Assembly: GCA_965276775.1 (NCBI GenBank)
Contig: OZ255626.1
Span: 815,585-879,584, forward strand
Direction of reading: 5' to 3'
From: Acidobacteriaceae bacterium
GTDB taxonomy: Bacteria; Acidobacteriota; Terriglobia; Terriglobales; Acidobacteriaceae
DNA length: 64,000 nucleotides
A model generated the notes under the pieces. The model had not been told where the DNA came from and ran no database searches. It saw only the letters and a list, made by a program, of their open reading frames with translations. The translations under genes were made by a program, and so were the position numbers. This document shows positions 36,601 through 47,025 of this stretch, in pieces (the stretch's first letter is position 1; every line of letters begins with the position of its first letter).

Positions 36601-37385
36601 TACGCTTGCTTCCTCAACTGCCGCACTGCCTGCTCCACCCTTCCGGTCACCACCTCGAGCGGGGCCTCGCCATCGATCTCCACCAGCCGGCCGAGCGCCT
36701 GGTAATGTTCCACAACCGGGGCGGTCAGGGTTGCGTAAGCACGCATACGCCCTTCGAACACCGCTTCCGAGTCGTCGTCCCGGCGCTCAAGAGCCGTGCC
36801 GTCCAGGTCGCAGAGAGTTCCGCGGGCAGGCGGCTGGAGATAAATGTTGTAGATACTGCCGCAGACCGGACAGATGCGTCTGCCGGTAATTCGGCGCAGT
36901 AACTGAGTATACGCAACCCGAAGCGAGACGGCAACCAGCGGGATCGCTGCTCCAGGGATCGCCGTTTCGGGGAGCGCCGCACCGGGGATAAGATCGACTT
37001 TCCCGGAGCCAGGCGCCATCGGGTGTTCAGCCGCCAGCGTCGTGTCCAGCCACTCGGCCTGGGCCAGGGTCCTTGGATACCCGTCGAGGATGTATCCCCG
37101 CTCCGTATCCGGCTCCTCCAGCCGCTGCTCTACCATGCGGTTGACGAGGCCGTCCGGGACAAGCTGGCCAGCATCCATCAACGCCCGGGCCATGATGCCG
37201 TGCGCGGAGCCCGAGGCTACATTTGCGCGCAGCAGGTCCCCGGTCGAGATCTGCGGGATCCCCCAGCGGAGCACCAGCTCCTTGGCCTGGGTGCCCTTGC
37301 CGACCCCCGGGGCGCCCATCAGCAGAATGGGGCCGGGACGGAATGCCTGCCTGGCATCGGTCCAGTCAGTCAACGAGGACGCCAA
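36600..37385 (-). CDS. adk: adenylate kinase (Zn-lid type, with N-terminal extension and ~25-aa insertion)
   Basis: P-loop LLMGAPGVGKGTQAK, then ILDGYPRTLAQAE, and the lid CPVCGSIYN...CDLDG. The start is a TTG directly after the secY stop, and no in-frame ATG precedes the P-loop. Confidence 0.88.
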   Translation of the reverse strand: MASSLTDWTDARQAFRPGPILLMGAPGVGKGTQAKELVLRWGIPQISTGDLLRANVASGSAHGIMARALMDAGQLVPDGLVNRMVEQRLEEPDTERGYILDGYPRTLAQAEWLDTTLAAEHPMAPGSGKVDLIPGAALPETAIPGAAIPLVAVSLRVAYTQLLRRITGRRICPVCGSIYNIYLQPPARGTLCDLDGTALERRDDDSEAVFEGRMRAYATLTAPVVEHYQALGRLVEIDGEAPLEVVTGRVEQAVRQLRKQA

Positions 37386-38780
37386 CTACCAGGACCGCCT
37401 TCCACGCACCCGGCTCTTTGAGGAGAAGCCTTCGTAGTGGCGCATGATGAGCTGCGACTCCACCTGGTTGACCGTATCCATGGCCACGCCGACCACGATC
37501 AGCAGCGAGGTGCCCCCGAAATAGAAGTTGAAGCCCAGCCCGTTGGTCATCCACAGCGGCAGGTGCTCGAATACGCCGCCAATCAGCGGCAGGTGGTTGA
37601 GGTGGATGCCCGAGATCAGGATCGTCGGCACCAGCGAGATCAGGATCAGGTAAATGGCGCCGACCAGCGTCAGCCGGGTCAGGATGTCGTTGATATAGTC
37701 CGACGTGCGCTTGCCGGGACGGATGCCCGGAATGAACCCGCCATACTTGCGCATGTTGTCCGCGATATCGTCGGGGCGGAAGACGATCGAGATATAGAAG
37801 TAGGCAAAGAAAATGATGGCGACAGACTGGAGCAGCACGTACCAGGGCTCGCCCGCGCGCAGGTTGTCGAAGATGCGAGTGAGCACGGCCGAATTCTTGA
37901 CAAACTGCGCCTGGCCGAACAAGAGCGGGGCGGACAGCACCGACGCCGCGAAGATGACCGGCATCACGCCGCCCGAGTTGACCTTGAGCGGCAGATGGGT
38001 GGACTGGCCGCCCATCATGCGCCGGCCAACGATTCGCTTGGCGTACTGCACAGGCACGCGGCGCTCGGAGCGCTCGACGAACACGATAAAGGCGACGAGG
38101 CCGGCCATCGCCACCACCAGCAGGATGAGCGCGGGAATCGTGAGTGCGCCAAACTTCTCGGTGCGCGCGGTCTGCACCAGCTCGGCGATAGCGCGGGGCA
38201 GCCCCACCACGATGCCCGCGAAGATCAGCAGGCTCATGCCGTTGCCGATGCCGCGGTCGGTGATCTGCTCGCCCAGCCACATGATGAAGGCCGAACCGGT
38301 AGTCAGCGTCATCATGGTGAACAGAATAAAGCCGGCGCCGGGGTGCAGCACCAGCTGTTGGCCGCCGGTTCCATGCGAGAGCGCGACCGCGATGAAGCCC
38401 GACTGCACCAGCGCGAGCGCGATGGTCACGTAGCGGGTCCACTGGGTGATCTTGCGGCGGCCGACCTCGCCTTCCTTCTGCAGCTTGGCCAGCGGCTCGT
38501 ACACGACGGTAAGCAGCTGGAAAATGATCGATGCCGTGATGTACGGCATGATGCCCAGCGCGAACACCGTCATCTTGCGCAGATTGCCGCCATTGAACAG
38601 GTCGACCAGGCCCAGCGGCGAGCCGTTCATTGAATTGAAATAGCTGGCCAGCGCGCTGGTGTTGATGCCGGGGGTGGGAATGTGGGCGCCGAGGCGGTAC
38701 ACGGCCAGCATGGCAAAGGTGAACAGAACGCGGTTGCGCAGTTCGGGAATGCGGAAGATGTTGAGGAACTTCTCAAGCAT
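37386..38780 (-). CDS. secY: preprotein translocase subunit SecY
   Basis: MLEKFLNIFRIPELRNRVLFT...ALGIMPYITASII...; 10-TM profile; spc-operon position. Confidence 0.95.
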   Translation of the reverse strand: MLEKFLNIFRIPELRNRVLFTFAMLAVYRLGAHIPTPGINTSALASYFNSMNGSPLGLVDLFNGGNLRKMTVFALGIMPYITASIIFQLLTVVYEPLAKLQKEGEVGRRKITQWTRYVTIALALVQSGFIAVALSHGTGGQQLVLHPGAGFILFTMMTLTTGSAFIMWLGEQITDRGIGNGMSLLIFAGIVVGLPRAIAELVQTARTEKFGALTIPALILLVVAMAGLVAFIVFVERSERRVPVQYAKRIVGRRMMGGQSTHLPLKVNSGGVMPVIFAASVLSAPLLFGQAQFVKNSAVLTRIFDNLRAGEPWYVLLQSVAIIFFAYFYISIVFRPDDIADNMRKYGGFIPGIRPGKRTSDYINDILTRLTLVGAIYLILISLVPTILISGIHLNHLPLIGGVFEHLPLWMTNGLGFNFYFGGTSLLIVVGVAMDTVNQVESQLIMRHYEGFSSKSRVRGRRSW

Positions 38781-38821
38781 GCGGCAGCTCGTCTCGGGAA
38801 ATCATGGGCGGTCTCGATTCA

Positions 38822-38864
38822 GAATACAGCGAGAGGCAGCCGGCGGCTGCCTCTCGCTGTATTC
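38822..38864. repeat. 43-nt perfect palindrome (21-bp arms) in the rplO-secY spacer
   Basis: gaatacagcgagaggcagccg-g-cggctgcctctcgctgtattc. A run of seven A on the + strand follows (T7 precedes it on the mRNA strand). Confidence 0.9.
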
Positions 38865-38886
38865 CTAAAAAAATCCGGAGCGTGGC

Positions 38887-39327
38887 TTACGCGATCAGGA
38901 CAGCCTTGCCGCCGGCGGCTTCTATCTTCTCCTGCGCGGACTTTGAGAACTTGTGCGCGTGGATGGTGACCGCGTGCGCCAGGTCGCCCGTACCCAGGAT
39001 TTTCAGCAGCTCGTTGCGGCGCTTGAGAAAGCCGAGCGCCAGCAGCCGCTCATGGGTCAGTTCGGTTTCGCCCATCTCGGCGATCCGGATCAGGTTCAGC
39101 ACCGTGTACTCGGTGCGGAAAATGTTGGTGAAGCCGCGCTTGGGCAGGCGCCGGTGCAGCGGCATCTGGCCGCCTTCGAAGCCGCGCATCAGGCTTGAGC
39201 CCGAACGCGAGCCCTGGCCCTTGTGCCCGCGGGTCGAGGTCTTGCCGTGGCCCGAGCCCATGCCGCGGCCCACTCGCTTCTTGTTCCGGTTCGCCTTGGC
39301 TGGGGCGCGGAGATTGGATAAATTCAT
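38887..39327 (-). CDS. rplO: 50S ribosomal protein L15
   Basis: MNLSNLRAPAKANRNKKRVGRGMGSGHGKTSTRGHKGQ. Confidence 0.95.
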   Translation of the reverse strand: MNLSNLRAPAKANRNKKRVGRGMGSGHGKTSTRGHKGQGSRSGSSLMRGFEGGQMPLHRRLPKRGFTNIFRTEYTVLNLIRIAEMGETELTHERLLALGFLKRRNELLKILGTGDLAHAVTIHAHKFSKSAQEKIEAAGGKAVLIA

Positions 39328-39384
39328 GGTTCCCTCGCTAACGCCGGCTTTCTCGGCCGACTCGCTTCAAATCAAATGCTAAAA

Positions 39385-39425
39385 CCGCCTGCGCGGCTGG
39401 CGGCCACTTCGTGGCATGTGTACTT
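39385..39425. repeat. REP family 1 copy (rpmD-rplO spacer)
   Basis: ccgcctgcgcggctggcggccacttcgtggcatgtgtac. Confidence 0.8.
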
Positions 39426-39483
39426 TGTTGCCGAGGGCGCAAGCTCAGCGGCCCTCCCGCTGGTCGGGATCAGCCTCGCAGGA

Positions 39484-39504
39484 CTGACTCCTGACTCCTG
39501 ACTC
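39484..39504. repeat. CTGACTC heptamer x3
   Basis: ctgactc ctgactc ctgactc lies directly 3' of the rpmD stop on the + strand. Confidence 0.8.
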
Positions 39505-39505
39505 C

Positions 39506-39697
39506 TCAGCCCTCCAGAATACGGACCAGGTGCGGAATCTTCTTCACCATGCCCCGGATCGAGGGCGTATCTTCCCGCACAACCACCTGTTGGAGCCGCG
39601 TAAAGCCGAGCCCCTTGACTACCGTTTTATGCTTGACCGGCGCCTGGATCATCGACCGATAGTACTGGATGCGCATCATCGCCTTGCTTTCTGTCAT
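39506..39697 (-). CDS. rpmD: 50S ribosomal protein L30
   Basis: ...KGLGFTRLQQVVVREDTPSIRGMVKKIPHLVRILE. Confidence 0.92.
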   Translation of the reverse strand: MTESKAMMRIQYYRSMIQAPVKHKTVVKGLGFTRLQQVVVREDTPSIRGMVKKIPHLVRILEG

Positions 39698-39701
39698 CGC
39701 C

Positions 39702-40205
39702 CTATAACTCCTGCACCGATTTGCCGCGCAGCGCGGCCACTTCGGCGCGGTCGCGCAGCTGTACCAGCGCGTCGAACGTTGCCTTGATCACGTTATGCGG
39801 ATTGGCAGAGCCCAGGCTCTTGCTCAGCACATTCTGCACCCCCGCCGAGGTCATTACCGCGCGCACGGCCCCGCCCGCGATCACCCCTGTGCCTTCGGGC
39901 GCCGGCTTCAGCAGGACTTGGCCGGAACCAAAGCGCCCGAGCACTTGATGGGGAATCGTGGTCTCGGTCAGATTGATGCGGACCAGGTTCTTCTTGGCCG
40001 ACTCGATGCCCTTGCGGATCGCCTGCGGCACTTCCTTGGCCTTGCCCGAGCCGTACCCGACCACGCCCGAGTTCGGGTCCCCGACCACCACCAGCGCCGC
40101 GAACGACATATTCTTGCCGCCCTTGACCACCTTGGTCACGCGGTTGATTGAAACCACCTGATCCTTCAGGTTGTACTGTCCCGCGTCCAGCTTTTTCTTC
40201 AGCAT
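39702..40205 (-). CDS. rpsE: 30S ribosomal protein S5
   Basis: [27 protein letters not shown]. Confidence 0.95.
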   Translation of the reverse strand: MLKKKLDAGQYNLKDQVVSINRVTKVVKGGKNMSFAALVVVGDPNSGVVGYGSGKAKEVPQAIRKGIESAKKNLVRINLTETTIPHQVLGRFGSGQVLLKPAPEGTGVIAGGAVRAVMTSAGVQNVLSKSLGSANPHNVIKATFDALVQLRDRAEVAALRGKSVQEL

Positions 40206-40268
40206 TGCCTACCCTCAGTTCCTTCCGGGCCGCTCCGGGCCCCATCCCTGCACAAAACCATCGCAATC

Positions 40269-40625
40269 CTAGAAATCCAGCCCCGCCTCGCGCGCCGCGT
40301 CCGCAAGCGCCTTGATCCGGCCGTGATACAGGTAGCCGCCGCGGTCGAAGACCACCTTCTTGACGCCCTTCTCGCGCGCCCGCTCCGCGACCAGCTTGCC
40401 CACTTCCTTGGCCGCCTCCAGGTTGCCGCCCACCTTGATCTTCGCGGTCACGGTCGAGGCCGAAACCAGCGTGGCGCCCTGGTTGTCGTCGATCACCTGC
40501 GCGTAGATATGGTTGAGCGAGCGGTACACATTCAGCCGGGGCCGCTCGGCCGAGCCATGCACCTTCTGGCGGATGCGCGAGTGCACCCTCCGGCGGACTT
40601 CGTTGCGCTTGAGCTTGGGAATCAT
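40269..40625 (-). CDS. rplR: 50S ribosomal protein L18
   Basis: [20 protein letters not shown]...[23 protein letters not shown]. Confidence 0.95.
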   Translation of the reverse strand: MIPKLKRNEVRRRVHSRIRQKVHGSAERPRLNVYRSLNHIYAQVIDDNQGATLVSASTVTAKIKVGGNLEAAKEVGKLVAERAREKGVKKVVFDRGGYLYHGRIKALADAAREAGLDF

Positions 40626-40704
40626 CTGCTTTCCTTCCTAGTGGCGGAGCCGCCCTGCGGCCCCGTTCGGTTTTTTGCTTGAAAATACTTGGGCTGCGCC
40701 CAAA

Positions 40705-41244
40705 CTACTTCGACCCGGTTTTGCCAGCCTTCTTCTTCAGCTTTTCGCCCGCGTACCGCACACCCTTGTTCTTGTACGGATCCGGCTTGCGCAGCGAGCG
40801 CATATCGGCGGCCACCTGGCCCACCTTCTGGCGATCGATCCCGGAAATGGTCAAACGGGTCTGCTTCGCGTCGACGGCCGCCGTGATCCCGGTGGGCAGC
40901 GGGAACTCGATCGGGTGCGAGTAGCCGAGGGTGAACACCACCATCTTCGGCCCCTTCAGCTCCACCCGGTAGCCGATGCCGACAATGTCCAAGTCCTTGG
41001 TCCAGCCCTTGGTCACGCCTTCGACCGCATTGAACACGAGAGCACGGGTTAAACCGTGGATCGCGGCCTGCGAGTCGTTCTCGCGCACCGCGTGGATAAA
41101 GTTCTCGCGGGTTTCGAGCGCAATCCCAGCCGGAATCGACTGCTGCACCTTCCCCTTCGGCCCCTCGACCAGCAGGGTGTTGCCCTGGACCGTGTACTTG
41201 ACCCCCGCCGGAAGCGGGATAGGCTGCCTGCCTATACGCGACAT
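40705..41244 (-). CDS. rplF: 50S ribosomal protein L6
   Basis: [25 protein letters not shown] 41244 was chosen because the AAGGA SD lies 7-11 nt upstream; the track start is 41253. Confidence 0.93.
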   Translation of the reverse strand: MSRIGRQPIPLPAGVKYTVQGNTLLVEGPKGKVQQSIPAGIALETRENFIHAVRENDSQAAIHGLTRALVFNAVEGVTKGWTKDLDIVGIGYRVELKGPKMVVFTLGYSHPIEFPLPTGITAAVDAKQTRLTISGIDRQKVGQVAADMRSLRKPDPYKNKGVRYAGEKLKKKAGKTGSK

Positions 41245-41428
41245 CGTTTCCATCCTTTATGGCTTGCGAGTCCCGCTCGCCGGTCATGCCGGTCCACGTT
41301 CCACTGCAGCCCGCAGGTCTTGCCCTGCCTTACCACTCAACCCAACAGGCGACATCGTCGCCCTCACACCACTTCCGTCCGCCGGCAACCCCCACGCGCG
41401 CAAGCGCGTCGCCGGCTAGCCGGCCAGG

Positions 41429-41827
41429 CTACCAGACTTCGCAGAGCAATTCGCCGCCTACGCCTTCGCGCCGGGCCTGCCGGCCGGTCATGACACCCTT
41501 CGGCGTGGTCAGGATCGAGATGCCGAGGCCGCCCTGGACCCGCTTGATCTCGTCGCGCCCGATGTAGACGCGGCAGCCGGGCCGCGACACCCGGTGCAGG
41601 TCGCGGATCACCGCCTCGTTGTTGGTGCCGTACTTCAGGTACACGCGCAGCACCGGGTGCCCATCCTCCTCGGCCGCCTTGTAGTTCGCGATGTAGCCCT
41701 CCTCCTTGAGGATGCGGGCGATCTCGGACTTCAACCGGGAGGCCGGCACATCGAGCTTCTGGTGGCGAGCGCGAATGGAGTTGCGAATGCGCGTAAGAAA
41801 ATCAGCAACTGGGTCGGTCAGATTCAT
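41429..41827 (-). CDS. rpsH: 30S ribosomal protein S8
   Basis: [22 protein letters not shown]. Confidence 0.95.
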   Translation of the reverse strand: MNLTDPVADFLTRIRNSIRARHQKLDVPASRLKSEIARILKEEGYIANYKAAEEDGHPVLRVYLKYGTNNEAVIRDLHRVSRPGCRVYIGRDEIKRVQGGLGISILTTPKGVMTGRQARREGVGGELLCEVW

Positions 41828-41934
41828 CGGTTCTCCTCATCTCCCGTTCGCTCCGGCAGCAATAGCCAGAGAACCAGCGGCGATGGTCTCGGGGCATACA
41901 CCCCTTTTTGTTGCGGTTTGCATTCCTGTTCAGC

Positions 41935-42120
41935 TCACCAGCTCGACTTGACCACGCCGGGAATGTCTCCCTGGTGCGCCAGCATGCGGAAGCAGAGGCG
42001 GCAGATGCCGAACTTGCGCAGAAAAGCCCGCGGGCGGCCGCACAGCTTGCAGCGGTTGTGCTGCCGACTCTTGAACTTGGGGGTACGCTCGTCCTTGACA
42101 CGCTTTGCTGTTGTACTCAT
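41935..42120 (-). CDS. rpsN: 30S ribosomal protein S14, type Z (zinc-binding, 61 aa)
   Basis: [40 protein letters not shown]. Confidence 0.95.
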   Translation of the reverse strand: MSTTAKRVKDERTPKFKSRQHNRCKLCGRPRAFLRKFGICRLCFRMLAHQGDIPGVVKSSW

Positions 42121-42194
42121 CCTGCTCTCTTTCCTGTTTTCGCTCCCGCGGAGCGCCCAGCCGCAAGGCGGCCCATTCGGTTGAGGTCCTGCTC

Positions 42195-42743
42195 TTACGC
42201 GACGGCCCGGAATGGAATCCCGAATGCCTTCAGCAGCGCCCGCGCCTGGTTGTCGTCCGACGCCGTGGTCACAATGGTGATGTTCATGCCCTTCAGCTTT
42301 TCCACCTTTGAATAATCGATCTCGGGAAAGATGAGCTGGTCGCGCATGCCGAGCGTGTAATTGCCGCGCCCGTCAAAACTCTTGGTCGAAACCCCGCGGA
42401 AATCGCGCACCCGGGGCAGGCCGATCTGGATCAGCCGGTCCAGAAACTCGTACATGACATGGCCGCGCAGCGTGACCATCGCGCCGATCGGCATCCCCTC
42501 GCGCACCTTGAAGGCGGCGATCGATTTCTTGGCCCGCGTGGTCACCGGCTTCTGCCCGGCGATCAAAGCCAGGTCCGCCACCAGTGGATCGAGCAGCTTT
42601 GAGTTCTGCGTCGCCTCGCCCAGGCCCATGTTCAAGACGATCTTTTCGAGCCGCGGCACCGCCATGGGGTTTTTCAGACCCAGCTCCTTCTGGAGCGCGG
42701 GCTTGATCTCGGTCAGATACTTTTCCTTCAAACGTGCTGCCAT
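42195..42743 (-). CDS. rplE: 50S ribosomal protein L5
   Basis: [44 protein letters not shown]. Confidence 0.95.
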   Translation of the reverse strand: MAARLKEKYLTEIKPALQKELGLKNPMAVPRLEKIVLNMGLGEATQNSKLLDPLVADLALIAGQKPVTTRAKKSIAAFKVREGMPIGAMVTLRGHVMYEFLDRLIQIGLPRVRDFRGVSTKSFDGRGNYTLGMRDQLIFPEIDYSKVEKLKGMNITIVTTASDDNQARALLKAFGIPFRAVA

Positions 42744-42848
42744 GTCGCTTTCTTCTCCTGCTCCTGTTCCGGTCTCGGAGTAGCGCTTCTTGTGGGGCGC
42801 CGTGTACCGTTGCGGAATGCTTGCTTTTCGTGTGAACAGCGCGCCGCC

Positions 42849-43184
42849 TTATTTCTTCCGGGGCGGCAGAGCCTTGTCGCACTTGCGGCACACCCGCACC
42901 TTGGTCTCGCCCTCGATGCGGAAGCCTACCCGGGTCGGACCGCAGTCCGGGCACACCAGCATGACATTCGAGATCTGCAGGGGAGCTTCCTGCTCCGCGA
43001 CGCCACCCTTGATATTGCGCTGCGGATTCGGCTTCACGTTCTTCTTGATGACGCGAATGCCTTGCACCAGCACCTTATTCGTATCCGGAAACACCCGCAG
43101 GACGCGGCCCTGGCGCCCGCGGTCCTTCTCCGAACCCGTAATGACCTCGACCGTATCATTGCGCTGAATCTTCAACCCTGCCAT
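42849..43184 (-). CDS. rplX: 50S ribosomal protein L24 (with C-terminal CxxC...CxxC zinc ribbon, as in Thermus)
   Basis: KOW motif ITGSEKDRGRQGRVLRV; tail VCPDCGPTRVGFRIEGETKVRVCRKCDKAL. Confidence 0.95.
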   Translation of the reverse strand: MAGLKIQRNDTVEVITGSEKDRGRQGRVLRVFPDTNKVLVQGIRVIKKNVKPNPQRNIKGGVAEQEAPLQISNVMLVCPDCGPTRVGFRIEGETKVRVCRKCDKALPPRKK

Positions 43185-43210
43185 TTCCCTGCCCCTTCGC
43201 GCTGCGCCTG

Positions 43211-43582
43211 CTAGATGACTTCCGGCGCGAGCGATACGATCTTCAGAAACTTCTTGTCGCGCAGCTCCCGGGCCACGGGCCCGAACACGCGCGTCCCTAC
43301 CGGCTCACCCGCGTCGTTGATCAGCACGCCGGCGTTTGAATCAAAGCGGATATAGGTGCCGTCTTTGCGGCGCACTTCCTTTCGCGTCCGCACGATGACC
43401 GCCTTGACCACCTTGCCCTTCTTGACCTGCCCGTCGGGCGAGCTTTCCTTGACCGCCGCCGTGACCACATCGCCGAGCGAAGCGATCCTGCCGGTGCTGC
43501 CGCCGAGCGGCAGGATGACCTGGAGCTTGCGCGCCCCGGAGTTATCCGCCACCTCGAGCATCGTTCTCATCTGTACTGCCAT
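43211..43582 (-). CDS. rplN: 50S ribosomal protein L14
   Basis: [23 protein letters not shown]. Confidence 0.95.
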   Translation of the reverse strand: MAVQMRTMLEVADNSGARKLQVILPLGGSTGRIASLGDVVTAAVKESSPDGQVKKGKVVKAVIVRTRKEVRRKDGTYIRFDSNAGVLINDAGEPVGTRVFGPVARELRDKKFLKIVSLAPEVI

Positions 43583-43658
43583 CTGCCTACCCTCCGGTCG
43601 CGGCTTCGATCCCCGCCGCGCCTACCATACGTCCCGCCGCGCAATCTCTGGCCCGTGC

Positions 43659-43997
43659 CTACTGTGCCGCGATCCGGGCTGCCTCTTCGGCCTGCGCCAG
43701 CGCCGAACGCCGCACGATCTCTTCCAGCTGCCAGCGCTTGAGCTTCGAAAGCGGCCGGGTCTCGCGAATGCGCACGACATCGCCCACCCGCGCCGAGTTC
43801 TGCTCGTCATGCGCGTAAAACTTCTTGCTGGTGCGCATGACCCGCTTGTACTTCGGGTGAGCCTTGGCCATCTCGACCTGCACCACGATGGTCTTCTCCA
43901 TCTTGGTCGAAACGACCGAGCCGACCTTTTCGTTGCGCCGCGACTCGCGCGCCGGCGCGCCTGCCTGCTGTGTCTCTGTCTGCTCTGTCTCTGGCAT
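43659..43997 (-). CDS. rpsQ: 30S ribosomal protein S17 (N- and C-terminal extensions)
   Basis: [42 protein letters not shown]...[14 protein letters not shown]. Confidence 0.93.
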   Translation of the reverse strand: MPETEQTETQQAGAPARESRRNEKVGSVVSTKMEKTIVVQVEMAKAHPKYKRVMRTSKKFYAHDEQNSARVGDVVRIRETRPLSKLKRWQLEEIVRRSALAQAEEAARIAAQ

Positions 43998-44000
43998 CGC

Positions 44001-44285
44001 CTAGCTCGCTTCTCCCGCGCCGGCCTTGGCCTTGCGCGCCTTCTTTTCCTTCTTCACCGGCGCCGCGCTCGCGGCCAGCGGCGAGGCGCCGCGAATGCCC
44101 AGCGCCCGCTCCCGCTCGACCGTCTTGAACCGCGCGACATCCTTCTTCAAGACCTGCAGCCGCTTGACGCCTTCCTTCTGGCCCAGCTTGATCTGAAACC
44201 GGATGCGGAACAACTGCTCCGCGGCCTTGCGCGTTTCATCCCGCAGTTCGGCATCGCCAAACTCGCGTACCTTCGTGGTTTCCAT
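44001..44285 (-). CDS. rpmC: 50S ribosomal protein L29 (Lys/Ala-rich C-terminal extension)
   Basis: METTKVREFGDAELRDETRKAAEQLFRIRFQ places F26 exactly as in E. coli L29. The track start 44324 adds 13 non-conserved residues. Confidence 0.9.
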   Translation of the reverse strand: METTKVREFGDAELRDETRKAAEQLFRIRFQIKLGQKEGVKRLQVLKKDVARFKTVERERALGIRGASPLAASAAPVKKEKKARKAKAGAGEAS

Positions 44286-44492
44286 TGAATCGTCTCTTCC
44301 CGGGACGCCGGCCCACTGATCCATTCTGATCCGCGCCGCTAGGCTTCTGGATTCAGACCGGGTCTCCCGTTTGTCGTCTGCTTGTCATGGCAGATCAGGG
44401 CTGCCCATAAGAAGCCATGACGCAAAGCCCAACCTGTCGATACTACTTGCTCTTGCCGCGGAATGCCAGCGAAGAATCCTGTGCCCGCTGCG

Positions 44493-44927
<435 letters not shown>

Positions 44928-44980
44928 AATTTCGATCCTTTTGCCGGCTCGCCCGCACGGCTACAATCTAGTAATCCCTG

Positions 44981-45265
44981 CTAATCCCTGCGCTCGATGT
45001 CGCTTACGCGCTCCTCGAGGCTGGTCATTCGTTCGCTAAAGCCGACCACCAGCGCCTCGTTCGCCTTGAACTTCGACTCGAAACTGATCGCCCACTTGCG
45101 AAACTCGAGCAGCAGCTTCGTTTCTACCCTTTCGTCCCGCTCGATCAACTCGAGCTTGACCGCGTCGATACGCTCTAGAATCCTCGTGGTAAATGAGTCG
45201 AGATCCTCGCGGATACCAGACCGCAGATGGTCAAGATCTATCTTGGTCGCATACTCTTCCGCCAT
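44981..45265 (-). CDS. hypothetical 94-aa coiled-coil protein inserted between rpsC and rplP
   Basis: MAEEYATKIDLDHLRSGIREDLDSFTTRILERIDAVKLELIERDERVETKLLLEFRK.... A strong SD (GAAGGTGGACG) sits directly before the ATG. By my count about 70 % of third codon positions are G/C, and the sequence has heptad-like periodicity. It is on the same strand as the operon, and I recognise no family. Confidence 0.6.
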   Translation of the reverse strand: MAEEYATKIDLDHLRSGIREDLDSFTTRILERIDAVKLELIERDERVETKLLLEFRKWAISFESKFKANEALVVGFSERMTSLEERVSDIERRD

Positions 45266-45298
45266 CGTCCACCTTCTCCAAGTCGCAAGCTTGCTGCC

Positions 45299-45973
45299 CT
45301 AGAATACAGGCGCGCTCGCCCCGGCAACCTGCGGCACCGTGCGGCGCTGCTGGTAGATATCGCCGCGATACACCCAGGTTTTCACCCCGATGATTCCGTA
45401 GGTGGTATGCGCCTCGGCGAAGCCGTAGTCGATGTCGGCGCGCAGGGTGTGCAGCGGCAGACGCCCCTGCAGGTACCACTCCGACCGCGCGATCTCGTTG
45501 CCGTTCAAACGGCCCGACACCCGCACCTTGATCCCCTTGCAGCCGAAGCGCAGCGCCGAGTCGACCGCCTTGCGCATCGCCCGGCGGAAGCCGACCCGTT
45601 TTTCCAGCTGCAGCGCGATATTTTCGGCCACCAGCTGCGCATCGAGCTCCGGCTTGTTCACCTCCAGGATGTCGATGAACACATCCCGGTTGGTGCGCTT
45701 CTGGATCTCGAGCTTCAGCTTGTCGATCTCCGTGCCCTTGCGCCCTATGATGATGCCCGGACGCGCGGTGCGGATAATCAGCCGCAGCTTGTTGCCCGGC
45801 CGCTCGATCTCGACCGACGAGACGCCGGCAGCCTTAAGCTTTTCCTTCAGCTCGCGCTTCAGCTTGACGTCTTCGACCAGCAGCTTGTCGTAGTCGCGCT
45901 CCACGAACCAGCGCGAGCGCCAGGGCTTGTTGACCCCCAGGCGGAATCCATACGGATGAACTTTCTGACCCAT
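45299..45973 (-). CDS. rpsC: 30S ribosomal protein S3
   Basis: [23 protein letters not shown]. Confidence 0.95.
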   Translation of the reverse strand: MGQKVHPYGFRLGVNKPWRSRWFVERDYDKLLVEDVKLKRELKEKLKAAGVSSVEIERPGNKLRLIIRTARPGIIIGRKGTEIDKLKLEIQKRTNRDVFIDILEVNKPELDAQLVAENIALQLEKRVGFRRAMRKAVDSALRFGCKGIKVRVSGRLNGNEIARSEWYLQGRLPLHTLRADIDYGFAEAHTTYGIIGVKTWVYRGDIYQQRRTVPQVAGASAPVF

Positions 45974-46067
45974 CGTGCTCCTCTGTTCTTTCCCCGCCAG
46001 CCTTGCGGCGTTGTCAGCGGGCCTGCCAAACTATGTGGCTGGGCGGGCTCACCGCCCGCTCCTGCCG

Positions 46068-46586
46068 CTAAGCCTTCGCGGCTGCCTTGCGTTTGCCCGG
46101 CACCACTTTGGGCGCAGCCTTGTCGGTCACGCCGACGGTCCGAGCGGAATGCTTCGCCGTCGCCTTGCCGCCGCGCACCCGCTTCTCCTCGCCCGACTCG
46201 GAGCCGCCCACGCCCGCGTTCTCATTCATCTCCGCCACCGAGATCAGGATATGCGACATCCGGCGCTGGTAGCGGAACGCCCGACCCATCGGCGCCGGAC
46301 GGATGCGCTTCATGCGCGGACCGTCGTTGGCTATCGCCGACTTCACGTACAGGTTGTCGACATCCACATCGAGCCCCTGCTCGCCGCTCAGGTAATTCGC
46401 ATTCTGGAGCGCCGAGCGCAGCACCTTTTCGACCAGCGGCGCAACGCCCTTTTTCGTGAACATGATCGTGTTCAACGCCTGCTCCACCCGCTGCCCCTTG
46501 ATCAGGTCCAGCACCAGCCGCGCCTTTTGCGGGCTGACCCGCTGGAAGCGCGCCTCGGCCCGGAACTCCCGTATATCCAGCTGCAT
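46068..46586 (-). CDS. rplV: 50S ribosomal protein L22 (~60-aa Lys/Ala/Gly-rich C-terminal extension)
   Basis: MQLDIREFRAEARFQRVSPQKARLVLDLIKGQRV. Confidence 0.92.
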   Translation of the reverse strand: MQLDIREFRAEARFQRVSPQKARLVLDLIKGQRVEQALNTIMFTKKGVAPLVEKVLRSALQNANYLSGEQGLDVDVDNLYVKSAIANDGPRMKRIRPAPMGRAFRYQRRMSHILISVAEMNENAGVGGSESGEEKRVRGGKATAKHSARTVGVTDKAAPKVVPGKRKAAAKA

Positions 46587-46631
46587 CAGAAAACCCTCAC
46601 TCCCCGTATCCCGCAACGCGCCGTCGAACGC

Positions 46632-46919
46632 TCAGCGTGGTTTGGCCGAAGACTCGTTCGACTTCGCCGTATGACCCTTGAACGTTCGGGTCGCCGAAAA
46701 CTCGCCCAGTTTGTGGCCGACCATATTTTCGGTCACATAGACCGGGATGAACTTCTTCCCGTTGTGCACCGCGATGGTGTGCCCGACAAACTCGGGAAAG
46801 ATGGTGGACCGGCGCGACCAGGTCTTGATGACCTTCTTCTCGTTCGCCGTGTTCATCGCCTCGACCTTGACCATCAGGTGCCCGTCGATGAAGGGACCCT
46901 TCTTTGTGCTGCGTGCCAT
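46632..46919 (-). CDS. rpsS: 30S ribosomal protein S19
   Basis: [15 protein letters not shown]...[17 protein letters not shown]. Confidence 0.95.
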   Translation of the reverse strand: MARSTKKGPFIDGHLMVKVEAMNTANEKKVIKTWSRRSTIFPEFVGHTIAVHNGKKFIPVYVTENMVGHKLGEFSATRTFKGHTAKSNESSAKPR

Positions 46920-47025
46920 CTCGTTTCCTCACCGGCGCTAGAAACGCCTTTACTCAACAAATCTCATCCGCGCCATCGGCGCGGCCACGCAAAGCGCGCC
47001 GCCCGTCCGGCCAGGACCGCAGGAG

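Noticed and set aside
42849-43184. Zinc-ribbon tail on L24 considered as a novelty.
   Set aside because: The same CxxC...CxxC tail is present in Thermus L24 as I recall it, so it is a known C+ variant. I mention it only in the feature evidence.
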